A stretch of DNA of 64,000 bases from Octopus sinensis (Eukaryota): the NCBI RefSeq assembly GCF_006345805.1, contig NC_043006.1, positions 35,030,001 to 35,094,000 of the forward strand, read 5' to 3'. Position 1 is the stretch's first letter. Every line of letters begins with the position of its first letter. This document shows, piece after piece, positions 11,341-24,395 of this stretch. The notes under the pieces are model-generated. The model saw only the letters and a list, made by a program, of their open reading frames with translations, made no database searches and was not told where the DNA came from. A program made the translations under genes and the position numbers.

Positions 11341-14300
11341 TTACAGGATAATGCTCAAAATGGTTTCATCACTCGCACGCACCATCTTTGCAACATTCAC
11401 CCATCCTTTTTTGAATCTTTCGCGAGACAAAACTTCCCTCTCCATTCTCACCTTCCTTTTCAAGTGGTACTTGAAAAAGTTGATGAGCGATTGGCCAGAG
11501 AGGTAAGTGTTTGTCTCTAATCCTTTCGCTCGGGTCCACCACACACATTCTTTCACCATGGCCACCAGTACGATGAAAACTGTCTTTCCTTCCCGGTCGA
11601 GGGAAGGGGCGGAGCAATACTCACGATAGACTCGGCCGATAGGCGGACTCGTCCCACACGTGACAGCAGCCGTTCGGCATAAGCCCACAGGTCTGAAATG
11701 GTTGGACATTGCACGAGTGCGTGCAGAACGATTTCGTCGCTCTGAGCGCATCTCGGGTAAGTCGGTCCAGTGTGTCTGGAACCGTGTCTGTAGAGCTTAT
11801 CCCGAACAGGTAATGCTTCTCGATAGCACTGCCAGGCCAGGGATCTTTGGTGATTGTTCATAGGTCCCGGCCCGAAAGTTGTCCTGAACAGGCGGGTCAG
11901 GTGTTCCTCGTCGACGCCCAGACTCTGCCCGAGATCGTCGTCGCACCTCCCCACCACTAATCCTCTATAGAATGCCTTTGTCGTGATGGAGTCGCACAAG
12001 TTTGATCCCGGACGGCAGAGTTGCTTCAGAGCAACGCGACACTCGCGGTGCCATTCGCCTAGACTCGGTCTCTGCTTGATCCATGACTGTAGTTCGGCCA
12101 AGGAGACGAGCTGCGGGAAAGCGCGCCGCACAAAAGGCGACCACACCTGTTTACCGTCGTCTATGAAGCGCCGGAGATGTCACAGTCTCAGCGCATGTCT
12201 ACGCATCATCAACCACGGCATGCCCAGCCCTCCATTTAGCGGTTGTTGACAGCAAATGGATCGCCTAGCCATCGGAACGTTTCCCTTCCATAGGAAGCGG
12301 AAAAGTATACGTTCCAGTTTGGCGATGGTAGGGTCGGGACAAGGCACGACGGTCAGACGATACTCGATGATGGATGCGATGTATGCGTTCGCCACCTCCG
12401 CCAGACCTTTTAGGGATAGCTTTCTCACAGCCCATTTCTGGGTGAGAGTAGCCACTCTAGTCGTTATTTCGCCCCAGTTCTTCTCCATTTGGAGGTCCGG
12501 ACCGAACCAGACCCCGAACAATTTAACCGGTCCGTCGGTCCAGCGTCCCACGATGAAGACGCTGTTGGACGGCATGGGCCTGCTTCTCCAGGTGCCGAGC
12601 CGCAAGCCCACTGATTTTTCCCGGTTAATTTTTGCTCCCGTTACCGCTTCGTATTCTTTTATTGTCTCGCCGACCAGCTCGATGTGCTGGTAGCTCGACA
12701 CTATGACGGTGACGTCATCTGCGTATGCAGACACGCTCCTCCCGCATCCCAGCTCTCGTGGGATGCCCCTCAGCGTCGCCAGTTTCCGCAGTAGTGGCTC
12801 AAGAGTCAATACATACAGAAGCGATGAGAGGCGGCATCTCTGACGAACCGAACGCATGATGTTAAAAGGTCTGGATAGATGACCATTTTCGCGAACTACT
12901 GAGCGGATGCCGCTGTATAAGGCAGCGATCCAACCGCGGAAAACTGGACCGAAACCAGCCGCTTTAAGAAACCAGCCTCCAAGTAGTGATGGTCTACCCT
13001 ATCGAAAGCTTTTGATTGATCCAAATTGATCAGCGCCCCACCCATGCCAGGATTCTTGACTACCCTGTCTATGATGTAGCGCATCAGATGGAAGTTGTCA
13101 TGAATACTTCTACCCGGCACGGCGCATGTTAGCGCCTTGTCGACTTGCTTCTTGATGACAAGCGCCAACCTCTCCGCTAACACCTTGGCCAAAATTTTCA
13201 AATCTGCGTTGAGCAGAGTGATTGGCCTGAAATTATCTATGACGTCCCCCTTGTTTGGGTCTTTCTTAATGAGTGCCACTGCTCCTCACTTTTCAAAAGC
13301 AGGGATACTCCCGTTGTGCTGCCAGTTGCAGTAGACAGCTGCCAAGACGCCTCCAAACAAGTCTGGCATATGACAATAAAGTTCGTAGGGCAGACCATCC
13401 AAGTCTGGTGACTTGTCTCTCGCGTAGCCTGCCATCGCATCCTGTACGTCCGCAGCTGTGATAGGCCTTTCACAAGACTCCGCCTCTCTTGCTGAGAGTC
13501 GTGGCAAGGCATGCAGGTAGGCACTAAAGTCTACTCTGCGTTCTGACCCACCACTTGTCTCAAACAGTTGGGTGAAGTGTTGTTGAAAAGCCTCACACAT
13601 CTTTTTAGGCTCAATCAATTCGCGCCCCTGTTCATCTGTAAGAGACTTGATGGTGACTCTGTTGCCTCGTTGCGTCTCCACCACTCGGGCTTCTTGGGCG
13701 GCTCCAACTCCTTCGTTCCTCAGAGCACGCATCCTAGCTCTGACAACGCATCCTTCGTGTTTGGCGTTGAGGTGTTGGTCGAGGGCCAACCTCACTGCCA
13801 GTACGTTGGACGCGATGCCAGTTCTAAGTGCCTCTTCTAAAACCTTAACTAAATCTCCCTCTATTCTATTTCGTTCTAATGCTATGGCTTTACTGTACCT
13901 GACTGATTCTGCTTTAATTGCTTTTTTTAGGGCATACCACCATCTGTTGTTGATGATGGTACCCGTCAAAGCTCTCATAACTAATGTGTTGACCGGTCCC
14001 TGTAAACCTGTCGTGCTGTAAAAGACGCATTCAGCTTCCAGTAACCAGGACCCTGCCTATGTGTCTTATCTAAGTCAAGTGTACAAGTCACAAACTTGTG
14101 GTCTGTGTAACTGACTATATGAAATCGTGGACAACCTACACTATTTTTATCTATTGTCCTACAGAATACTCTATCTAAGTACGATCTGGACGACCGGATG
14201 CGGTTACTCCATGTCCACATTGGCACATTCGGGTGGTCCAGTTGGTACCTATCAGACAGTTGGAAACGTCTGAGCAGGTCTTTGAGGCATTTGCATCCCC

Positions 14301-14778
14301 TCCTATTGCTATCTCTGCCCACATAGTCTAGATGCGTGTCCAGGGTGGCATTCCAATCCCCCACTAAAAGTAAAGGACGAGACGTTCCCATGAAAAACTC
14401 TAGACGTCGAAAGAAATCTGGTCGGCTTGTTAAGGACGGAGCATAAACTGTTATCAGTCGAAAAGCACACTCATTGCTGCCATCGACATCCAAAACGACC
14501 AACCTACCCTCCGGGTCTAGGAAAATTGCTCTTACTTTGAGGTCCAGACTCTTCCGGAGAAGCACCGCGGTGCCACCTCCGCCCATTCTCGGTAGACACA
14601 GAGAAAAATAAATGTTGAAATGTGTGCCGAACATGTGCTGGAGTGTCCGCGATCTGTGGAGTCTGGTCTCACTGATGGCTATGATATGCAGATTTAGTGA
14701 CTTGATGTCGTTTAACAGTTAGCCTTGTTTCCAAGGCGACCCCAAGCCACGTACATTTATACTGCCTATTTTGAGCAT
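11341..14778 (-). pseudogene. ORF2 (APE endonuclease + reverse transcriptase), frameshifted
   Basis: MLKIGSINVRGLGS start; GDWN, YLDR, TDH (APE); NFRPITLLNAD, DQSKAFDRV, YADD (RT); CAQSDEIVLHALVQCP. Confidence 0.92.
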
Positions 14779-14848
14779 GTTCCTATCAAAAATTGTGTTT
14801 TACACACGAAAAGAAGGTGAGAAAAAAAGGAAAGAGAGAGAGAAAAGG

Positions 14849-16965
14849 TTACTTATTGTCCGAAAGTCCTTTGTTTTTCACCTCATAGTCTTCTCCCATG
14901 AGGTTTTTATAAAGTTTCTTTGATAAATATTTTTGAAATCTCCCAACTGCATCAGGGTAGAGGGATTTCAGGGTGCTGTGTGTTCTGTGTTACGTGTATT
15001 ATTTTAATGTGTTGTGGTGGTGTTGTGCGTGGGTGGTTATTTGTTTTTGTGTCGTTTTCAGTTATATTGGTGTTTGACCTAATGTATTCCATTAGGTCGT
15101 GGTTGTTTGTGTTTATGGCTGTCAACATTGTTGGGGGGTTTGGTGATAGTGTATTTGTGTTGATGTGTTTGTTTTCTGTGAATGTTTTTGTTTCGAGAGT
15201 GGTGAATCTTCCTGCTTTGTTTGTTAGATTTTCTATGCTTTTTCCCCTTTTTTCTCCTCACCCCTGTGGCTATTTGTCAATCCTCTGTGTCTTCTTCATC
15301 TAATGACATGCCAAAGGAATCAGAAAGTGGGAGCGGTCTATTTTTGACTTTGTTGTTGGTGTTGGTTGGTGAGCGTTAGGGTGTGGTGTATGGATTTTTG
15401 GAGGTGGTGTGTGGGTATTTTGTGTTTGTGTGATTGTAGGTATTGTTGTGGTGTTTGGGGGGGGTGTTTTGTGGGGATTTGGAGTAGTAATTGTTTCTTC
15501 ATTTCAATGCTTGTCTTTTTGGTAGATGTTCTTGGTTTGGGAGTTGGTTTCTCTTTGGCTGTTGTTGATGTTTCTGTTCTTGGTACAGTTGGTGGTGTTG
15601 TTTGGTTGGATAGGTTTGTTTCTTGTTGATTTTCTGTTATTGGTCCTTTTATTGTTCGTGCAAACTGTGGTGTGGGTAATGAAGCTGGCTTTTTTGTTTT
15701 TTCCGGCTGCTGTTGTTGTTGCTGCTGTTTTCTTGCGGCAGATTTGCAATCTCTTTTTAGATGTTGCTCACTGCCGCATATGTAGCAGCGTAGTCTTCTG
15801 CCCTCGACGACCAGATACAACTTGTGGTCTTCTGATATATAGATCTGGGTGGGTATTTTCTTGATGGCATCTTGGTTGATGTGTAGCAGAATTTCTACTC
15901 TTTTTCCCACCCAGTTTTTGTGTTCAGTGACCGTGGTTTATAATATTTTAAAATCGTCCATTTCCACACATATGGCCGATGTTAGCCACAGAGTGTCCGC
16001 TTTTTGTGGAACATTGTTTAAGATGACCTTAGTCACTCTCTGTCCATGGTAGCTACGTATCATTGTGAGTTCATCCGAATGAAGAGTTAGCGTTGAGAAT
16101 CGTTTTGCTAACTCTTCAGTGTGGAAAACTACTTGTATGTGCGCAAACTTGTTCCACCAGGTCACATATTCTTTGAAGTTCCAGATAGGTTGCAAGCATT
16201 TTTCGATTTTGCTTGTGTTAGCCTTCTCTGGACTTTTTGTCTTCTTGTTGATTATTTTATATATAATGGTTTTTTTTTTTTCATTTTCTAGTATTTGGTG
16301 TGGTATGTTTATTTTTACCTTGCCATCTTCCTTAGTTATTAAAGCCTTGGTATCTTTTATATGTTGTGCAGTAAAAGATACTGTTGTATTCTTTTCTTTT
16401 ATCGCCTCGGCGAAATTTGTTGTTGTTTTGTTATTGTTGTTGCTGGTGATGATGTTGTTGTTGGTATATTCGGTGTATTTGGTGTCTGATGTTTGATTGT
16501 ACAAGTAGGAAGGGGTGGAAAATTACTTGCATAATTTGTCCCTGCGTTTGAGCAGCTGTCGGCAATTTGTTTGGAGGTCACGGTCTTTTGTTTATCTCTT
16601 TCAGTTCTTGGTGTTGGAGGAAGCAAGGTCTGAAAGGAATTGTTGTTGTTGTTATTGTTGTTATTGTTGTTGGTGTTGGCGGTGGTGTCAGTGGCAGAAG
16701 AGACAGCCGTGGCAGCAGCTATCGAAATGGTGGCGCAATTGTTGTTATTCTTGTTGTCATTGTTGTTGGTAGTTATGGCAGTGGATGAGATGGTGGTGGT
16801 GGTGGTTTTGACAGGACTATTTATAGTACAAAATTCTCTGTTGTTGATAGCAATGTCTTTTTCAAATTTTTTTGTACTTGATTTTTTTTCGTTTTTCAAA
16901 AATTCGTTCTTTTTTCCTTCTGTCATTCCAAGACATGGAAAATCTTCGTCAGATAAACTTGACAA
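14849..16965 (-). pseudogene. ORF1 of copy A (Asn/Thr-rich N-terminus, RRM-like region, CCHC knuckle, low-complexity tail)
   Basis: ORFs 16399-16965, 15938-16504, 15338-15910; CYICGSEQHLKRDC. Confidence 0.85.
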
Positions 16966-17331
16966 AATTTCTCGACATTTTTATTATCGAGAAATAAATA
17001 AAAAATATAAGGTGATGAAAAAGCCCCTAGGGGCGAATTTCACACTTCGAAATAGCCTAACGAAGATTTGGCTCTTCAAAATTTCAAAAAACTCCGAAAT
17101 AAATTAGACGTTAGACGCAAAGAAACGCTATGCCGACATATGCAAATATTTGGAGAAAACAAAATATTTGATATTAAAACAGGGCTGAAAATCCCCTAGG
17201 TAAAAACACACCCAGACGAAAGCTGGGTGTCTTGCACACCTTGTGTGCGAAAATTTGAAGCAGGTCTTATAAATAGCACAATAATAAATTCGATAAACTT
17301 ACGAGCCGACGAATCAGAACACACTATCAAT

Positions 17332-17480
<149 letters not shown>

Positions 17481-17604
17481 AGATATTCATATATATAACT
17501 ATCGTTCACAAACATTGATACGCTCAAACTTACATAAATATATACATACGCAGATGTGCAGAAATGTTCATACATATAAATATATAAATGTATGTACATA
17601 CATA

Positions 17605-17647
<43 letters not shown>

Positions 17648-18196
17648 ACACACACACACACACATATACAAGCATACATTCATATATACGTACAAACCCA
17701 TATACATACATAACAATCAGGTTATTCTTCGACAGCTGTTTGTTTATTTATCCAACCAGTTGTCTGCTTATAGACATTTACCGATTCTTCACGCAGCAAG
17801 CATCAATCTGCTGTAGACGGAACTCTTTTGTTTCCAAGAATTCGCATTGCCTCCAATGCAGTTCTTTGACAGCAGAGGATTTCACAGAACACCCTACCAT
17901 TACAATCAATGCTGTCTGTGAAATTTTTCTACATTCTTGCTGGAATCAATAGTGAAAATCTATAGACACGTAGCCGAGTGATGTCTCTCTTATTATGTGT
18001 GTATAATTATGTATGCATGTGTGTGTTTGTGTGTGTGTGTATGTGTGTGTGTGTGTGTGTCTGTGTGTGTATGTTTCTGTGTGCATATGTATGCAAATAT
18101 ATTCTTCCAGCTGAAGACAATGGGAATACTAGCTGCAAATACCTATTCTCTTTGTAATTTATTTATCTATGTAGGCAATATGTTTGTGTGTGTGTA

Positions 18197-18232
<36 letters not shown>

Positions 18233-18340
18233 TAACATGTGCAAGTTATTAGTGAATTAGAAAAAGTAGCAAGTCAAAATTTGTAAATAGACATATGAAC
18301 CTTCACTATATATTGACTAAATGGTCTAAAAATAGGGTGG

Positions 18341-18420
<80 letters not shown>

Positions 18421-18421
18421 C

Positions 18422-18492
<71 letters not shown>
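18341..18492. repeat. (GATA)n array, 3' flank of copy B
   Basis: Direct reading. Confidence 0.95.
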
Positions 18493-18493
<1 letters not shown>

Positions 18494-18876
18494 TGTTTCT
18501 TTATTAGCCACACAGGGCTGCACACAGATAGAACAAATTACAAGGTAGAGCTTTTCTTTTGAAGGTTTAAAAAAAAAAATAAAAAAAAAAGGAAGGGGGA
18601 GTTTCGATCAAAAGGGATCGTAAAAGGAGAGAAAGAGGACAAAAAAGGGGGGGTTAAAAAGAAAGGGGAAGAGGAAAAAAAAAAAATTGATCAATAGGGA
18701 TCGTTATCACAGAAATGTCAATATGAAGTGTAAAGGGGAGGACAGGTGAGGTTTACCCGCGGAAAGAAAAGCCTACGGAAAAGACCACGGTAACCTCGGT
18801 CAATGGAGTCACATGTTATATTTCTTTTTTTTTTTTTTTTTGCAAATAAGCAACTCTCTGTTTTCAATTTCTGTGT

Positions 18877-21789
18877 TCATAGGATCATGCTCAAGGTGGC
18901 TTCGTCATTCATACGTGCCATTCTTGCTACATTCACACATCTTTTTTTAAAACATTCGCTTGACAAAACTTGCCTCTCTACTCTCACTTTCCTTTTCAAG
19001 TGGTACTTGAAGAAGTTGATGAGAGATTGACCAGAGAGGAAAGTGTTTGTCTCCAATCCTTTCAGACGCGTCCACCAGATACATTCTTTCGCCATAGCCA
19101 CAAGGATGATGAAAATAGCTCTTCCTTCCCGTTTGAAGGAGGGAGGCGTGACAATATTAACGATAGACTCAGCTGATAAACCGACTCGTCCCACACGTGA
19201 CAGCAGTTGTTTCGACACAGCCCACAGGTCGGAAATTGTTGGACACTGCACGAGTGCGTGCAGAACGGTTTCGTCGCTCTGACCGCATCTCGGGCAGGTC
19301 GGCCCCGTGTTTCTCGAGCCGTGTCTGTAGAGCTTATCCCGAACGGGTAGCGCTTCTCGGTAGCACTGCCAGGCCAGGGATCTCTGGAAGTTGTCCATGG
19401 GCCCTGGCCCGAAAGTCGTCCTGAACAGGCGGGTCAGGTACTCCTCGTCGACGTCCAGGTTCGCCCCGAGCTCGTCGTCGTACCTCCCCTCCACTAATCC
19501 CCTATAGAATCTTTGGTTGTGTTGAAGTCACTCAAGGTCGACCCAGGACGGCAGAGTTGCTTGAGAGCAACGCGACACTCGCGGTGCCATTCGCCCTTCT
19601 TCGGCCTCTTTTTGATCCACGACTGCAGTTCGGTCATGGAGACGAGCTGCGGGAAAGCGTGCCTCACAAACGGCGACCACACCTGTTCACCGTCGTCTAC
19701 ATAGAGCCAGAGATGTCGCATCTCAGCGCGTGTCTCGCATCATCAACCACGGCATGCCCAGCCCTCCTTTTAACGGGTGTTGACAGCAAATGGATCGCCT
19801 GACCATCGGGACGCATCCTTTCCACAAAAGCGAAAGAGAATGCGTTGTAGTTTGGTGATGGTAGGGTCGGGACAAGGTACGACGGTCAGGCGGTAGTAGA
19901 TGATGGACGCAATGTACGTGTTCGCCACCTCCGCCCGACCTTTTAGGGACAGTTTCCTCTCGGCCCATTGCCGAGCGAGAGTGACCACCCTACTCGTTAC
20001 CTCGTTCCAGTTCTTCTCCACTTGGAGGTCCGGACCAAACCAGACCCCGAGCAACTCAACCGGGCCGTCGGTCCAGCGTCCCACGACGGAGGCGCTGGTG
20101 GACGGCATGGGCTTGCTTCTCCAGGTGCCTAGTCGCAAGCCCACTGACTTTTCCCGGTTGATTTTCGCTCCTGTCACCGCTTCGTAGTTTTTCAGTGTCT
20201 CGCCGACCTGCTCGATGTGCTCGTGGCTAGACACTATGACGGTGACGTCGTCCGCGTATGCAGACACGCTCGTCCCGCATCCCAGTTCTCGCGGGATGCC
20301 TCTCAAGGTTGCCAGCTTCCGCAATAATGGCTCGAGAGTCAATACGTATAGAAGCGACGGACCGAACGTGCGATGTCGAAGGGTCTCGATAGATGTCCAT
20401 TCACGCGAATTACCGAACGGATTTGTCCCCCGAGCATTCTGCCATCGCTTCCTGCACTTCCGCCGCCGTGATGGCACCTTCGCAGCACCCTGCCTTTCTT
20501 GTCGAGAGTCGTGGTAGGCTATGTAGGTAGGCACTGAAGTCCACCCTACGTTCTTGCCCCCCACTCGTTCCGAACAGTCGGGCAAAATGCTGCTGAAGGC
20601 CTCACACATTTTACTTGGCTCGAGCAATTCGCGCCCCTGTTCATCTACCAGGGACCGAATGGTGGCTTTGTTGCCCTGTTGCGCCTCTGCCACCCGGGCC
20701 TCTCTCGCGGCTCCAACACCTTCGTTCCTTAGAGCACGCATCCTAGCTCTGACAGCACATCCTTCGTGTTTGGCGTTGAAGTGTTGGTCGAGGGCCAACC
20801 TCGCCGCCAAAACGTCGGATGCGATGCCGCTTCTAATTGCCTCTTCTAGCTTCTTAACTAGCTCACCCTCTACTCTATTTCTATCTATGGCTAGTGCTTT
20901 GCTGTACCTAATCGCTTCTGCTTTTACTTACTGCTCTCTTGAGGGCAAACCACCATTTGTTGTTGATGATGGCTCCCGTCAAAGCCCTCTTTACTAGTGT
21001 GCTAATCCGGTCTCTGAAAATGTCTCGATGGGAAAGACGCGTTTAGTTTCCAGTATCCGGGACCCCTGCCTAAGTGTCTTACCTAAGTCTAGCGTACATG
21101 TCACAAGTTTGTGATCCGTGTAGCTGACTATGTGGAATTGTGGACATCCTATGCTATCTCTGTCTACTGTCCTACACAGTATCCTATCTAGATACGATCT
21201 CGACGACCCGATGCGGTTGCTCCATGTCCACGTTGGCGCATTCGGGTGGTCTAGTCGGAACCTGTCAGACAGTTGAAAGCGTCTGAGCAGGTCTCTGAGG
21301 CATTTGCATCCCCGTCTATTCCTATCTCTACCCACGTAGTCTACATGCGTGTCCAAGGTAGCATTCCAATCCCCCACTAGAGTAAAGGACGAGACGTTCC
21401 CAAGAATACTTCTAGACGTTGAAAAAATCCGCCCGCCGACCTGTTAAGGGCGGTGCGTAGACTGATACGAGTCGAAAAGCGCACCCATTGCTGCCGTCGA
21501 CATCCAGGACGACCAGTCTACCCTCCGGGTCTACGAATATTGTCCTTACTTTGAGATCCAGACTCTTGTGAAAAAGTACCGCGGTGCCACTACCGCCCAT
21601 TCTCGGCAGACAGGGGGAAAATAAATGTTGAACTGTCCGCCAAACATGGTCTTTAGGGCCCGCGGATTTGGAGTCTGGTCTCACTTATGGCTATGATTTC
21701 TAACTTATGTGACTTTATGTCATTTAAGAGGTACCCTTGTTTCCAAGGGACCCCAAGCCACGCGCATTTACACAATCAATCTTGATCAT
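18877..21789 (-). pseudogene. ORF2 of copy B (APE + RT), ~500-bp and 19-bp deletions in RT
   Basis: MIKIDCVNARGLGS start; GDWN; YADD; CPRCGQSDETVLHALVQC. Deletions seen by comparison with copy C. Confidence 0.9.
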
Positions 21790-21829
21790 AGTCCTAATGA
21801 ATTAGAATACAAGTGAAAGGAACAGAGGG

Positions 21830-23830
21830 TTACTTACTGCTCGAAGTTTTTGCTTTCTCCTCCTTTGGTTTGTCCTCGAGGAGATCCCAGTACAGTTTCT
21901 TTGTGAGATATTTTTGGCATTACCAACCGCGCCTGGGGAAAATGCCTTTGAGTGTGTGGTGCAGACTTTTGGAGATGTGTATATTTTGATGTGGTCTGGT
22001 GGTGTTTGTATGGGTGATTGTTTTTTTTTTGTCATCTTCTGTTATGTTTGTTTTTGATTGGATGTATTCCATCAAATTTGTGTTTTTGGTGTCTATAGCT
22101 GTGAGCATGTTGCTGTATATATTTTTGTGGTGTTGGTGTGGCTGTTGTTTGCGTTGGGTTTTGAAATGTCTTCGTGAGATGTATTTCCCCCTGCTTTGTT
22201 CGTGTTTGCATTTGGTTTGGTTGTGTTTCTGCTCTTTATTTCCTTCTTTTTGCAGCTATTTGCCATTCCTCACTGGTTTCGTCTTCCGACGAAATTTCTG
22301 AGGAATCAGTAGGGGGTAGGGGTATGTTGTGGGCTTCTATGTATGTCTGTGTAAGTGGTTGTGTTGTTGTTTTCGTTGTTGTTGGTTGTTGAGTGTTTGT
22401 GTGTGTTGAGTGCGGTATAAGGGATGGGGGATCAGTTTGTGTGTGTTTTCTTTGTTTTTCTGTTCCTTTGGGCTTTGCTGTTGTTGGTGGTGTTGGTATT
22501 TTTTCAGGTGTTCAGTGGTTTTTGGTTGATGACGGATTAGCTTGGTGTGCTTCTCTTGTCGTCTTCTGTGTTGATGGTGGTGTGGGTAGTAGAGCTTTTT
22601 TTCCGGAGTGCTTTGGTTGTGGTAGTGGTTGTTGTTGTTGCTCTTGGTGTGCAGTGGTTGGGCACGTCTTTTTCAAGTGTGTTTCGCTTCCACACAAATA
22701 GCAGCGTGGTCGCCTGCCCTCTACCACTATATAGAGTTTGCAGCCTCCTGGCAGTTCTATAGCGGTGGGTATCTTCTCTCTTGCTGCTTCATCCAATTGA
22801 AGCAGGAATTCGATTGATTTGCCCACATAGTCTTTCTCTCCTAGAACCGCGATTTCCAGGATGTTTGTCTTTGACATTGTCTCTGTCATTTCAAAGCAGA
22901 TGGCAGAGACCAACCATTGTGTTTCGACATCAAATGGTATGTTTTTTATTTGGACTTTCGTGACCCTTTTGTTTAAATAGACTGGTATCATTACCAAGTC
23001 GTCCGAATGCAGCTCCAATGTGGAAAAACGTTTTGCTAAACTTTCGTTGAGGAAACGTACTTGGACTGTACCAAATGTGTTTCCCCAACTGATATATTCC
23101 TTGGAGTCCCATGCAGGACGAAGGCATTTTTCGATTTTTTCCTGCGGTGCATTTTCTGTTCTTCTTGTTTTCTTGTTTATTACTTTATAAATTATTGTTT
23201 TTTTTGTGTGTTTTTCACGATGTGTTCTGGAATGTGAAGGTGCAATTTGTCTCCTTCTTTGGAGAAGAGTGCCTTTGTGCGGTTTATCTCTTGTGTGGTG
23301 AATGTTACAATTGTTCTTTTTTGTTTTGTTACGTCCGCAAAATTCGTTTTGAATTTGGCAGTAGAAATGTTAATTGTGGCAGGTGAAGTCATGGTAGTGG
23401 TGTTGGTGTTGGCGGTATTAGCAGCAGAAGGCTTGGATGTAGCATTTGACGTCGTAGTAGTGGTGTTGGTGTTGGCGGTGTTGTCTTTGGTAGGCGGCTT
23501 TGTGCCAATTTCGTTGTTGTTGTTGTTGGTGGTGATGGTGGTGGTGCTGGCATTCATGTTTTCGTTTGTATTCATTTTTGAAATCCCTTTCTCTGTCCCT
23601 TTATCATCAACAAGTGGTGTGGGGAGTGAGGGGAAATCTAAGTTAATGTCTTTGGTCGCGGCGATGGTGAATGCGACGTTAGTTTTGTTGTTGTTGTTGG
23701 TGGTGGTGGTGATGGTGGTGACAGCGGTGTTCATGCTGCGATGTTTAGCAGCTAGTGGTAGCAATAGTGTTTTGCTACCGTTCTGCATGACTGGCGGGCT
23801 AGCCACGTGGTTTTTAGTTGCCATTTTCAA
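21830..23830 (-). pseudogene. ORF1 of copy B
   Basis: ORFs 23192-23830 and 22512-23018; VVEGRRPRCYLCGSETHLKKTC. Confidence 0.85.
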
Positions 23831-24040
23831 AATGAAAAATGGCTAAAAAACCCACGAAAGTTTTGAAAGTTTTTTTTGTAATTTCGCCCATACAGGGGCG
23901 GAATTCTACGTGAATAATTCTCAGGTTTTTTAGTGAATGAACTTGCACAACGATTAAAACAAAATATTTCACAAGGAGTTTTAAACATGTAAAAGTGGCC
24001 AACTTACGTGGAGCCGATATGACTAGCGTCCGTCCATTGT

Positions 24041-24047
24041 GAGAGAG

Positions 24048-24123
<76 letters not shown>

Positions 24124-24162
24124 GGATGGATGGATGGATGGATAGATAGATAGATAGATAGG

Positions 24163-24238
<76 letters not shown>
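24041..24238. repeat. (GA)/(GATA)/(GGAT) array
   Basis: Direct reading. Confidence 0.95.
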
Positions 24239-24240
<2 letters not shown>

Positions 24241-24304
24241 TGTTTCTTTATTAGCCACACAGGGCTGCACACAGACGGGACAAATTACAAGGTAGAGCTT
24301 TTCT

Positions 24305-24305
<1 letters not shown>
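24239..24305 (-). mobile_element. ~65-bp extreme 3' stub of the same Tx1 family inside (GATA)n
   Basis: tgtttctttattagccacacagggctgcacacaga..caaattacaaggtagagcttttctt is nearly identical to the 3' ends of B and C. GATA on both sides. Confidence 0.9.
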
Positions 24306-24357
<52 letters not shown>

Positions 24358-24395
24358 GGATGGATGGATGGATGGATGGATGGATGGATAGATAG
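24306..24395. repeat. (GATA)/(GGAT) array
   Basis: Direct reading. Confidence 0.95.

Larger units (their letters stand above)
11031..17331 (-). mobile_element. Tx1/L1-clade non-LTR retrotransposon, full-length decayed copy A, in (GATA)n
   Basis: 5'UTR, ORF1 with CCHC knuckle, ORF2 with APE, RT and C-terminal CxxC..HxxxxC, 3'UTR ending GCTAATAAAAGAAAG. (GATA)n on both sides. Confidence 0.92.
18493..24040 (-). mobile_element. Tx1/L1-clade retrotransposon, full-length decayed copy B with internal deletions
   Basis: Same architecture as A. 5' terminus motif aacttacg..agccga shared with A. 3' end GCTAATAAAGAAAC followed by (TATC)n. Confidence 0.92.

Noticed and set aside
14920-17107. Hydrophobic plus-strand ORFs resembling membrane proteins (also 21999-23846)
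   Set aside because: Antisense of the A/C-rich low-complexity ORF1 regions.
11031-17331. Active, intact retrotransposon
   Set aside because: Both ORFs carry several frameshifts or stops. Some may be homopolymer sequencing errors, but activity cannot be claimed.
17780-17920. Possible minus-strand exon (TALIVMVGCSVKSS...)
   Set aside because: Only ~46 open codons with weak splice support and no recognisable homology.
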